A stretch of 64,000 nucleotides of DNA from Camelus ferus (Eukaryota): NCBI RefSeq assembly GCF_009834535.1, contig NC_045704.1, positions 9,176,001-9,240,000 of the forward strand. Reading direction: 5' to 3'. Below the pieces are notes generated by a model. The model was not told the DNA's origin. It worked only from the letters and a program-made list of their open reading frames with translations, and ran no database searches. The position numbers and the translations under genes are program-made. Positions 35,539-46,095 of this stretch are shown here, in pieces (the first letter of the stretch is position 1; each line of letters begins with the position of its first letter).

Positions 35539-36736
35539 GTTGTCCACACTGGTGAGAAGCCCTACTGCTGCCTAGTCTGCGAGCTCCGCTTCTCCTCCCG
35601 CTCCAGCCTGGGCCGCCACCTCAAGCGCCAGCACCGCGGGGTGCTTCCGTCACCCCTGCAGCCTGGCCCAGGCCTGCCCACCCTGAGCGCTCCCTGCTCT
35701 GTCTGCTGCAACGTGGGCCCCTGCTCGGTGTGCGGGGGCGCGGGGGCCGGCGGCGGAGAGGGCCCAGAAGGGGTAGGCGCGGCCGCGGGGAGCTGGGGGC
35801 TAGCAGAGGCCGCGGCCGCCGCCGCGGCCTCCCTGCCCCCGTTTGCGTGCGGCGCCTGTGCGCGGCNNNNNNNNNNNNNNNNNNNNNNNNNNNNNNNNNN
35901 NNNNNNNNNNNNNNNNNNNNNNNNNNNNNNNNNNNNNNNNNNNNNNNNNNNNNNNNNNNNNNNNNNNNNNNNNNNNNNNNNNNNNNNNNNNNNNNNNNNN
36001 NNNNNNNNNNNNNNCGCCCCCCGCGCAGGCCTGGGCCTCGGGAGCGGGTGCAGGGTCCGAGACGACCGGCGAGCGCGGCGCTGCGGAGGCGGGCGACGCT
36101 CGGCCGGCCTGGGACGGCGAGCTGCTCCCGGGCCGCGCCGGGGGTGGCTTGCCCGAGCTGGGGGCGCTGCTCCCCGAGGGCGGCGTGGAGGCCCCTGCGC
36201 CCGCGGCCGCGGCCGAGCCGTCGGAAGACACCCTGTACCAGTGCGACTGCGGGACTTTCTTCGCGTCGGCCGCGGCGCTGGCCAGCCACCTGGAGGCGCA
36301 CTCGGGCCCGGCAACCTATGGCTGCGGCCACTGCGGGGCCCTGTACGCGGCCCTGGCGGCCCTGGAGGAGCACCGGCGCGCCAGCCACGGCGAGGGAGGC
36401 GGTGCGGAGGCGACGGCGCCGGCCCCAGGCGGGGAGCCCGCGTCTGGAGAGCCTGCGTCCGGCTCGGGCCGCAGCAAGAAGATCTTCGGCTGCTCCGAGT
36501 GCGAGAAGCTGTTCCGCTCGCCGCGAGACCTGGAGCGGCACGTGCTGGTGCACACGGGCGAGAAGCCGTTTCCGTGCCTGGAGTGCGGCAAGTTCTTCCG
36601 CCACGAGTGCTACCTCAAGCGCCACCGGCTGCTGCATGGCACCGAGCGGCCCTTCCCCTGCCACATCTGCGGCAAGGGCTTCATCACGCTCAGCAACCTC
36701 TCCAGGCACCTGAAGCTGCACCGGGGCATGGACTGA
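35539..36736 (+). CDS. FIZ1: FIZ1 coding exon 2 (FLT3-interacting zinc finger 1); contains a 148-N gap at 35867-36014
   Basis: Acceptor cctctcag|GTT. VVHTGEKPYCCLVCELRFSSRSSLGRHLKRQH ... ITLSNLSRHLKLHRGMD*. The frame offset across the gap is attributed to gap sizing. Confidence 0.93.
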
Positions 36737-36872
36737 TGTGGCCAGGCCGGGCACCCTTCCACCAGACCACCCCTTCTGGGGGCTGGGCTCAGGGCCCGGG
36801 CCAGGGGACCTCGGGACTACGAGGGAGGCCCAGGCCCTCCAAATCCAGAGGCCACCTACAAAGACCTACATG

Positions 36873-37015
36873 GGCCCCTGAGCTGGGGAACAGCAAATAA
36901 ATGGAGAGACCCCTCAGCTCGAGGATCCCAGATCTGTGGAGAGACTCCTGAACTCGAGGCCCCTGGAGTGCGTGCTAGGCACCCCCAAATCAATAGGCCC
37001 CTAAGCTCCGGGGAC
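36873..37015 (+). repeat. Degenerate 35-bp tandem repeat in the FIZ1 3' UTR
   Basis: Units start at 36873, 36908, 36943, 36978. Confidence 0.55.
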
Positions 37016-37775
37016 CTAGGAATGAGAAATGGGTGTCCACACGTACTTCTCATATTAAGGGCCCTAATAAGAAAGATGGGCACCCCCTCCCCCAAGGGAA
37101 GACTGCCCCTCTCCCTAAGAGCCATCATTCCAACAACCTTGATCTGGAGAATGTGGGGGAACTGTGTCCCTGGATTTCTCTGGAACCCCTCCAAATGCTA
37201 CCCACCAGAGTCACTCACTGGTGCCCCCAGATGACAGATACAGCCAGAATCTGCCTTTCCCCCCACATCGTTCTCTATGCTGAAAGAGGACCAGGGTAGT
37301 TGCCCCCTGCCCTCAACCCCCCTCCCCAATTAGGTCTCCCTCCCGTTCTGCGTAATGGATCGACCCTAAAGATCTTCCCCACCCTCCAAAACTAGAATAG
37401 GCTGGTTCAAAATTCCCCCGCCCAGTAGGATGGACTGATCCAGAAACACGTAGCCCCCCTCCTCCACTGGAGTGGGCTGGCCCAGGCCTGCACCTCACCC
37501 TCCTTAGAGTGAATACCACAGACACTCCTTCCTTCCTGTAGCGTGTGGGCTGGTCCACATCACTCCCCATCCTGTGAACTCGTGAATGGGAAGTGGTGGA
37601 TATTGGGGTATCCCTCCCGCTCTTCTGTAGCGCCTGTTGGTCTTTCTCTCCATCTCTGTCAGTTTGTCTCTGTGTTCCTCCCAACCCCAAGGGGAAGGGG
37701 ATTTGGTTAGGGGGGCTCTCCCTGTGAGCCTCGACCTCGCTCCCTTGTCCCACTCCCCAACGTCTCCTGGACCCC

Positions 37776-37781
37776 AATAAA
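37776..37781 (+). terminator. FIZ1: Probable FIZ1 polyadenylation signal (AATAAA)
   Basis: AATAAA about 1.04 kb past the stop, followed by a pyrimidine/GT-rich stretch. Confidence 0.65.
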
Positions 37782-38888
37782 CCTCTTCCTGTCAGTCACT
37801 GCCGTCTCATGTCCTGATCCTTGGCTCTGGGGAGGTGGAGATTCCTCCCTCCCTGACTTAGGACAGGCCCCTTAAATAGAAGATCCTTTCTTCCTCCCTC
37901 CTGAGAAATTCCAAGTCCTTTAGATAGTGCATGATCCTTTTAATATCAGAGATGGTTTAGATCGCATCTAAATGGAACCCTGTCCCTTTAACACAAGATC
38001 CACCTCCAACGGAGGGGACACGCCCCCTAAGAACCAGAAACACCCTTTAGAAACCCTCAATCCCATAGGACACGCCCTCTAAAAACCAACTGTCTCCCTA
38101 CGGCCAATTTCTTCCCCCTAGAAAAGGGCCCCGCCCCTTAGACTCTATTTCCCAGGCAATCAGACGGGTACCCTTGTCGCTACCTCCTACCCCTAGATTA
38201 GGATCCGCCCATCTGAGAATGTGCGGGCCCCAAATTGTCTCCTACGCTCTAGATTGCATTCCGGTACTGAGTGCCTATTTTGTGTCAGGCGTTGTAATCC
38301 CCTCTGAGAATTCAACAGTGAACAAAGTAACTCCTCATGGAGTTTATATTCTAGCGTGTGGGCGATGGGGTGGAGAAAAGAGTAATCAAAGTAACAAAGA
38401 AGGTAATTTCGGATGGTTATGAGTTGTGCGAAAGAAACGAGGAAGGGCGTGAAGAAAACGAGGGACTGGGCTGTGACACCTTAGATCGGGTGGTCCAGAG
38501 CTGGCAGGGGGGCTTCTCTGCAGAGGTGGTATTTGACCTGGGACCAGAAGAGGGGGGCGGCTAGGCGGACACGTGGATGGGCACAGGAGGGAGAGATGTG
38601 AGGAGATGGAGAGGTATGAGGGGGCCAGGTTACAGACCCTGGAGGGCCATGATAGACTTTTGACTGCTTTCTGGGTAATGGCAAGCCAGATTTTCAGTGG
38701 GAAGGGATGTGACCACTCTTGCACTTTACAAGGGCCCCTCTGGCTGCTGAGTGGAGAGAAAACTGGAGGGGGCAAGCAGATGCATCAGGCTATTGCTGTC
38801 CACCAGGAGAGAGGTGTGGGGGCCTGGAGCAGAGTGATGGAGAGAAACAGGTGGGCTCAAGATGAGTTCTGGAGGCGGAATGTGCAAG

Positions 38889-38891
<3 letters not shown>

Positions 38892-38918
<27 letters not shown>
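38892..38918. repeat. (TG)n microsatellite
   Basis: Read directly. Confidence 0.95.
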
Positions 38919-38919
<1 letters not shown>

Positions 38920-39218
38920 CTAATGGAAAGGGAGGAATCAGGAGGGGCTGGTTGTGTGGTGATGCTTTGCATTAAGACCAGCAAATGGAGAGAGAAGAGG
39001 TCTGGGGAGAGGCTAGAGGGATCAGGACTTCCATCTTGAGCTTCTTCAATTTAAGATGCTTAGGAGACTGGCATGCTCTAATAAGGCCAAAGGTGTGTAC
39101 ATCCATTGATGGACATGAACCCTGGAGACACTCATGTTGACCTGCACCAGGGGTCACATAGAAGAGCTTCACAGCAGCAAAATGTACAACCCTGAACTCA
39201 GAACAACTGAAATGTCCA

Positions 39219-39588
39219 TTGCTACAGTCTGCATGTTTATGTCCCCCTGAAATTCATATGTTGAAATCCTAATGCCCAATGTGATGGTGTTTGGAGGTGG
39301 AGCCTTTGGAAGGTGCTTAAGTCCTGAGGGTGGAGCCCTCATGGGGGGGATTAGTGCCTTTATGGAGGAGGCTCCAGAGAGCGCCCTCACCCCTCCCACC
39401 ATGTGAGGGCAGAGCCAGAAGGCATGGCCTGCTAGGAACCAGGAAGAAGGCCCTCGCCAGAAGGTGACCACGCTGCCGTCTTGATCTTGGGCCTCCCAGC
39501 TGCCAGAACTGTGAGCAATAAACTTCTGCTGTTTATAAGCCACCCAGTCTGTGATATTTTGTTATAGCAGCCTGATCGGATTAAGACG
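39219..39588 (+). mobile_element. MaLR LTR (MLT1A/B-like) inserted into an older L1 fragment (about 39080-40110)
   Basis: tgctacagtctgcatgtttatgtccccctgaaattcatatgttgaaatcc...aataaacttctgctgtttataagccacccagtctgtgatattttgttatagcagcc. L1 text resumes on both sides. Confidence 0.88.
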
Positions 39589-39710
39589 TTCGTCAACAGT
39601 ACAGTGGATAAATACATGGTGCTGCAGTATGCCATGGAATTCTATATAGCAACAAGAAAGAATGAGTGCAGATACACACAACTACGTGAAAGTTATAAGG
39701 AAGTGGGGCA

Positions 39711-39820
39711 GGGGGAGCGTAATAGCTCAGTGGTAGAGCACATGCTTAGCATGCGTGAGGGCCTGGGTTCAATCCCCAGTACCTCCATTAAAAATAAAAA
39801 TAATTAAAAAAAAAAAAACA
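39711..39820 (+). mobile_element. tRNA-Ala-derived SINE (Vic-1-like)
   Basis: tagctcagtggtagagcacatgcttagcatgcgtgagggcctgggttcaatccccagtacctcca plus poly-A. Confidence 0.92.
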
Positions 39821-42139
39821 ACAAAGAAGCGAGACACAAGAAACCAGATACACAGAGTATCACTCCGTTTCTGTAACATTCAAAAAGCAAGCAAAACTGA
39901 ACTGTAATATTGTGCAGGATCCACTGTGGGTAGTGAACCATGTCGAAACACAAGAAAGCTTTCCCCCCGCCCCATAAAACTCAGAACAGTGGGGTTGGAA
40001 GGGTTAAACCCGGGATGGGACATGGTGGGACCTTCTATGGGCTCTGGGGTGGCGGCCAGCATTCTGTTTCTAAATCTGGTGACTATTTTATAATCACTTG
40101 TTAAATCGTGCGTCTGGGTCTCGCCCTTTTAATCTATACGTCTTATATTTCACAAGGGAAAACATTTAAAGGAGGGAGACATATCTGGGGGGAGATAGAC
40201 AACTAACAGTTTGGCATTCACGGAAGACATCTTTTGCCTAGAAATCTGAAATTGTTTATTTGAAAAGGCCCCAGGCCCGCGCCTGGAAATGCGCAGCCTT
40301 AGACAGTCCTCTCCACTCGACCACCCCTATTCAGGAAGAGGGAACCAGACTCACCTCTTTGGGGTAAAAAACGTATCTCCTGCTTTGGAGAAACAAGACC
40401 CGCCTCCTTAGATACAGGCACCGCCCCCAGGGACGAGACCCGCCCACTTGGAGACCAGCTCAGCCTCCAGAGCCGAGGGCCTGGAAAGGTGCCAAGGTTG
40501 TCATGGCGATGGCCGCCTGGCTGTGGAATAATGAATAGGGACCTCCCACCTACCTCACCTCCACTCCAATCCTTTCCCTTCTGAGGCCTTAGCGAAAGGG
40601 ACTCATCGCCTTTCCCAAGGGTCCCCAGTGCCAGGCGGTGGGCTGGGCCTCGTCCCCAACTCGTGACACCGTGGCCCCATTTTCATCAACGTGCTAATTG
40701 AGGTTCGGAGGCAGAGGGGGAGGATTTTACCCTGGGGGCAATCTCAACTGTTCCAGAGCATCAGTTACTCGCCAGACGCTGGCGACTCCCACGCCTCTGT
40801 GGGCGGGGCTGACTCCGGCGCGCGGACGGACGTGAGGGGTGGGGGAAGCCAGCCACCTGCACTGCACGCGCACCTGCGCTCCGCACCTTCCACCCACCAG
40901 AGTCTTCTCCCCTTCGGGGGCATCCCCCACTCCAAAACCTGAAGCCTCGCTCCTCCTCACCCTCGTCCCTCTATTCACTCACAAATATAGGTAGACGAGC
41001 CAGACTCGCTGACGATAGGGCAGTTAAGCAAAAAGGCGAAGCAGCCCCCTGCCCGCAGGTGGTTTATATTCCAGTGGAAGGGGAAAAGGCAATCAGTGGG
41101 TAACCGACAAGCAGCCTAACGTTTGTTTGCGATGAGCACAATGTTGAAAATTTAAGGCACAGCAAGGACTCGAGGGTGACAGGAGGGCTATTTCAGCTAA
41201 GCGGACAGGACAGGTATCTCTGAGGAGATCTGAAAGAAATGAGGGGAGTAAGGGAAACATCACGGAAATCTAGGGGAAGGGCATTCCGGGCAATGAACGG
41301 CCCTTGGAAAGGCCCTGAGTCCAAAAGCAAAAAGGTCAGTGTGGCTGGAGTAGAGCAAAGCAGAGGGAGAAAGACAGGAACCAGCTAAGGGAGGCTCCAG
41401 GGTTCAGACAGGTAGGGTGGGACTGGCTGGTGTGGGGGGTGTAGGTGAGGAGGGTGAGGAGGGAGAGGTGAGAACCACGGGAGGGTGTTCAGCGCAGGAG
41501 TAAGGAGATTTCTGGGTGCCAGAGACTGAACGCGAGGGAGCAGACCTGGAAGTAGGAAAGCCAATGAGGAGGCGGATGAGGTAGGAATTACATCCAGGAG
41601 GGCGGCCCTGAGCCAATCAGCGCCAGGTCCCGCCCCCTGAGCAGCCGGAGGCTCGCCAGGCTCAGACCCCCTCTCTCACCTGGACCCGCGCCCCCCCTCC
41701 TCCATGCTCCCCGCCTCCGTCTCCCCGTTGCATCCGGCCCGGCCTCCGCGCGGGTCCCACAGGAATTTCTCTAAAACACTAATCGGATCATGTGACTCTC
41801 CAGCTTAAACACTTTTCAATGGCTTCTCAGTACACTCGGAAAGCATCTAGCATTCAGCCTGGACTAGTCGGCCGGACATAGTTGCTCGTGCGGCTCTGGC
41901 CTCTCTCTGCCACGCTGTCCGCCTTTGATGCCCCAATCCAAGGCCACAAATCTCCCCCAAGACACGATTCCCACCCCCCCAGCCCCGCCTACACATACAC
42001 ACACACACACACACACACAACATGCTGATCTCTGAAATTTCTTTGTCATCACCCTCATTCCTGAAAGAGTTTATTTATTTTATTTAAAAAAAAAAGTATT
42101 TTAAGGCTCTAAAATATAGATAATAAAATAATAACACAC

Positions 42140-42840
42140 ACACCCTAGGTATATACTCAAAAGAACTGAAAATAGCCATTAAAACAAAACCTTATACGTA
42201 CCAAATGTTCATAACNNNNNNNNNNNNNNNNNNNNNNNNNNNNNNNNNNNNNNNNNNNNNNNNNNNNNNNNNNNNNNNNNNNNNNNNNNNNNNNNNNNNN
42301 NNNNNNNNNNNNNNNNNNNNNNNNNNNNNNNNNNNNNNNNNNNNNNNNNNNNNCTACACGGCTGAATCTCGAACCCATTACGCTAAGTGAAAGAAGCCAG
42401 TCATAAGAGGCCATATACTGGATAACTCAATTGATATGAAGAATCTACTGTAGACAAACCCACAGAGACAGAAAGACAATTATTGGTTGCCAAGAGCAGG
42501 GCTGGAAGAAGGTAGTGGGGAATGGCTGATTAACGGGTCTGGGGGTTTTTTGGGGGTGATGAAAAAGTTCTAGAACTACATAGTGGGGATGACAGCACAG
42601 TTTCATGAATGTTCTTTATGAAAATTTATTGACTGATTGATTGGGTTTTGGGGGGATTAACTAGGTTTATTTATTTCTTGATTTCAGTTGAGGTACTGGG
42701 GATTGAACCCAGGATCTTGTGCATGCTAAGCACCCACTCTATTGCTGAGCTATACCTCCCCTCTATGAATGTTCTTAATGCCACTGAATTGTACACTTCA
42801 ACATGGTTACAATGGTAAATTTTATGTCATGTGTATTCTA
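42140..42840 (+). mobile_element. L1MB-like 3' fragment, with a 138-N gap (42216-42353) and a nested SINE
   Basis: aggtatatactcaaaagaactgaaa...aagtgaaagaagccagtca...gccactgaattgtacactt. Confidence 0.85.
42617..42764 (-). mobile_element. tRNA-Ala-derived SINE nested in L1, 12-bp TSD
   Basis: TSD atgaatgttctt at 42605-42616 and 42765-42776. Confidence 0.92.
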
Positions 42841-42844
42841 TTTT

Positions 42845-43014
42845 ATTTTCAATGGGATTTTAATTTATTTCTTTATTAAATTTATTTTATTTGGGGGGGG
42901 AGGGAGGTAGTTAGGTTTATTTATTTACTTATTTTTAGAGTAGGTACTAGGGATTGAACCCAGGACCTTTTGTATGCTAAGCATGTGTTCTACCACTTGA
43001 GCTACAACTTCCCC
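42845..43014 (-). mobile_element. tRNA-Ala-derived SINE (Vic-1-like)
   Basis: aggtactagggattgaacccaggacc...ctaagcatgtgttctaccacttgagctacaacttcccc. Confidence 0.9.
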
Positions 43015-43039
43015 CTACATGTATTTTTAAAAAATAAAA

Positions 43040-43078
<39 letters not shown>

Positions 43079-44979
43079 CCTACATTGACTACCAGCTTGC
43101 AAGCATACCAGATACACCTGACTCCCCATTAAACCCCCCTCCAAGATCTGATTGCCTACCCCTTCTCAAAGGTGGCCCTTACCCTGAACTTGGTGCTTAT
43201 TGTTTCCATGGATGTGTTCAGGCTTTTGCTCCCTGTGTATATATCCTTTAAAATATACTGTAATCAATCAGGAGCTTTTTAAAATCACGCTCCTGACCTA
43301 CTGTCATTTCTCCCATCTCTTTGTGAAATGTGAACACTTAGACTCAGTAGCTTTGAAGCTTCTTAGTACCTCACTTTGCTGCTCTTTGAAGTAAGAGAAT
43401 AAAAGTTATCAACTTCTTTACATAAGGAATAACAAATGGGCTTGTATTTGTAAAGCACTGACAAGGGTAAGCTCTCATTTGCTGTATTTTTATTATCCCC
43501 CATTTGTTTCTTTTTCCTTTACTTTGTTGAAAAACCACATTCACGTGCCTTCAAATTCCAAAAGTACAAAAGGATAGAGTGTAGTCCGTTTCAGTCCTGG
43601 GAGTTAGACAACTTTGCTAGTTTCTTCTCTCTTCTTCCAGTTCTCCCAGACACAACCCACTGATAAGCACAGATAGAACAGGCCACAGGCTGTGATCCAC
43701 CTCCTTTTTCTTTTTTTTTTTTTTCCTCCCCTTCATGTTATCACTTGGAGCCTTTCCGTATTTTTACAAGCAAACTCCTTCATTTTTATTTTTTGGACAC
43801 ATAGCATTCCACTGGGTAGATCAATCACGATTTAGCACTCAAATACCTGACTGACGGGGATTTAGAGCCTTTCCCATCTTTCGCTGTGATGCACAATACT
43901 GCAGCAATAAACCTGGTTCAGACACCACTTGTGGCATGTTTCTCAGTAGATCTATCTGAAGGATAAGTTCCAGAATTGCTTGCTCATTAAGACTGTTCCG
44001 AATTTTACTCGCCCCAACCACGTACGAAAGGTTCTCTTTCCCACGCTCTGGCCAACAACGTTTAGAGTGTATCTCACCTTAAACAATCAGCGTCAAGCTG
44101 CGGGCATACTCCTGCAACATACATCCTTTTCTGCTCAGCATTATGGGTTTGAGATGTGGCCATGTTGGTACATTTCTCTCCTGTTTCTATTTGCCCCCAC
44201 CCCCACCCCTAACCCTTGGCTTTCATCCTGCAGGTTTCAGCTGAAACATCATTGACACCAGAAAGCCTTCGTGAATCACTCTCACTCAGTGCCTTCTCTG
44301 ATCTCTGTAATCCCACCATATCCTGTTTCCTGCATCCAAGCACACTCTCCAGGAGGGCAATTGGATCTGTGTCTGTCTGTCTCCTCCTCAGGCTGTGAGC
44401 TCCCTGTGGACAGGGACTCTGTCTTTATCACTGTGGCTCCAGCACCAAGGACAGAGCTAGCCCATAGTAGGTGCTCAGTAAATACTGATGGCTTAGGCTC
44501 GAGTGAACCAATGTAGCAGAGTGAGAAATCAGTCTCTTAGAGTCGAGTGAATGCAGGCAGGTTTTATCACAGAGGGGAAAACGCAGGCTCAGAGAAGGGA
44601 AAGGCGCTTGCTCAGGCAGCTGAGTGCCGGCTGGAGTCAGGTTCTAGCCCAGAGTCGGTACTTTCCCTGAAGCCTCTGTCACTGCCTCATTCATCTTTCC
44701 CTGCCACCCCCCTTGCCCAGCACAGTGCCTGGCACAGGCAGGACCTGATAAATGTGTATTTGTTGAAGGAATGAATGAATGTGTGTGTCTGTTAGGGAGG
44801 GGAGGGGGCCTGGACTCAGCCCCCAGGGCCCCCAGCCCCCTCCTCGCTCCGGGAGCCCAGAAGACAGGCCCCCAACCCCCTTCTCTTACAGGACCCAAGA
44901 GTCCAACCCGCCCTCCCTCTCTGCCCCCTGGGTCCCCTCGTCCTCCCTCTTCCGGCTTCCCAGCCAGTCTTTCCTCTTT

Positions 44980-45141
44980 CAGACTCGGACGAAAGGCCGG
45001 GTTTCCGGGGGGAAGGCTTAGGCGGTGACACCGAGCCCAGCCTCCTCCACCCCCCACCACGCTCGGGGCCCTCCCTCCCCGCCACCACCGTCCGCGCTCG
45101 GCCGGCCGCGGTGAAGGAAGAAAGGAGCAAAGGAGGCGGAG
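44980..45141 (+). promoter_or_regulatory. ZNF579: ZNF579 promoter and non-coding exon 1
   Basis: CpG-rich; consensus donor GAG|GTAAGA at 45141/45142; downstream acceptor ttctctttacag|GTATG at 46093. Confidence 0.75.
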
Positions 45142-46095
45142 GTAAGAACCGGGCGCCCGGCCATCAGGGCCGAGCCCCTAGGCCCTGGGCTCACAAATCT
45201 GCAAGGCGTCCACCCGCGGCCCTAATTCTGCTGATCATGCCTGCGGGGAACCAGAGGCTGGGCCCAGTAGAGAGGTCGGCCCCCCTTGGGGTCCTAGGGT
45301 TGCGGACCCCCAGCAGCCTTCCTCAGGGGCCCGGGCATGGCCCTCAGCCGCTTCCTCCCTGGAGATTTCCAGCAGCTGGGCCCCTAGCCCCTTCCTCTCC
45401 CTTGTCTTAGGAGCCCAGCCCCCTCCCCCCAGCACTCTGCATCGCTGGGACCCAGAAATCCATGCCCCCCACATACAGAAGTCTAGATGCTGGATCCCAG
45501 TCATCTCCCAAGCTCCTCCAGGCCCCAACCTCAGCCCCTGGAATCCGGGCCCCTAGCCCCCTCCCTGCCCAAGAGTCTGAGCCCTCCTACTCCTGGCCTC
45601 TCCCAGCCCCTGGCGTCTGGGCACCCACACTCCATTTCCGGGGCCTCCGGATTTTGAATCCCACCCCCTCCACTCCGGCACCAAGGGCTGGTTCCCAGCC
45701 CCTCCCAAAACGTTCCAGCGGGAACCCTGGAGAAAAAGGCAGTTCACTGACTTTGTCTGCCTCAGTCTCCTCTTCTGTCTCTCTGTCTCCCTGTCTCTCC
45801 CTCCCTCCTTCCTGCCACGGTTCTTCTGATCTCTGTGTTTGCACCGTCTCTGCCTACCCGTCTTTGTTTTCTCTTCATCTCTGTCTCTGCTGGGTGTCCG
45901 CGTCTCTCTCCGGCGCTCTGCCACTCACCATCCTGTTTCTCCTGGTCTTCTGCCTCTCATTTGTGCCTTCTTCCGTCTGTCTCGCCTGTGCCCGCCTAAA
46001 TATCTGACCCTCTCTGTATCTCCATCTCTCTGTCTCTGCTTCTTTCTCTGCACACACACACCCAATCTCTGCATCTCCCCTTTCTCTTTACAGGT

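Noticed and set aside
35867-36014. FIZ1 frameshift or pseudogene
   Set aside because: The frame change falls across a 148-N gap; about 147 nt are expected from the recalled orthologue, so gap sizing explains it.
40769-40785. 7-bp palindrome TCGCCAG-acg-CTGGCGA as a CTCF site or hairpin
   Set aside because: Poor fit to the CTCF core and short enough to arise by chance in GC-rich DNA.
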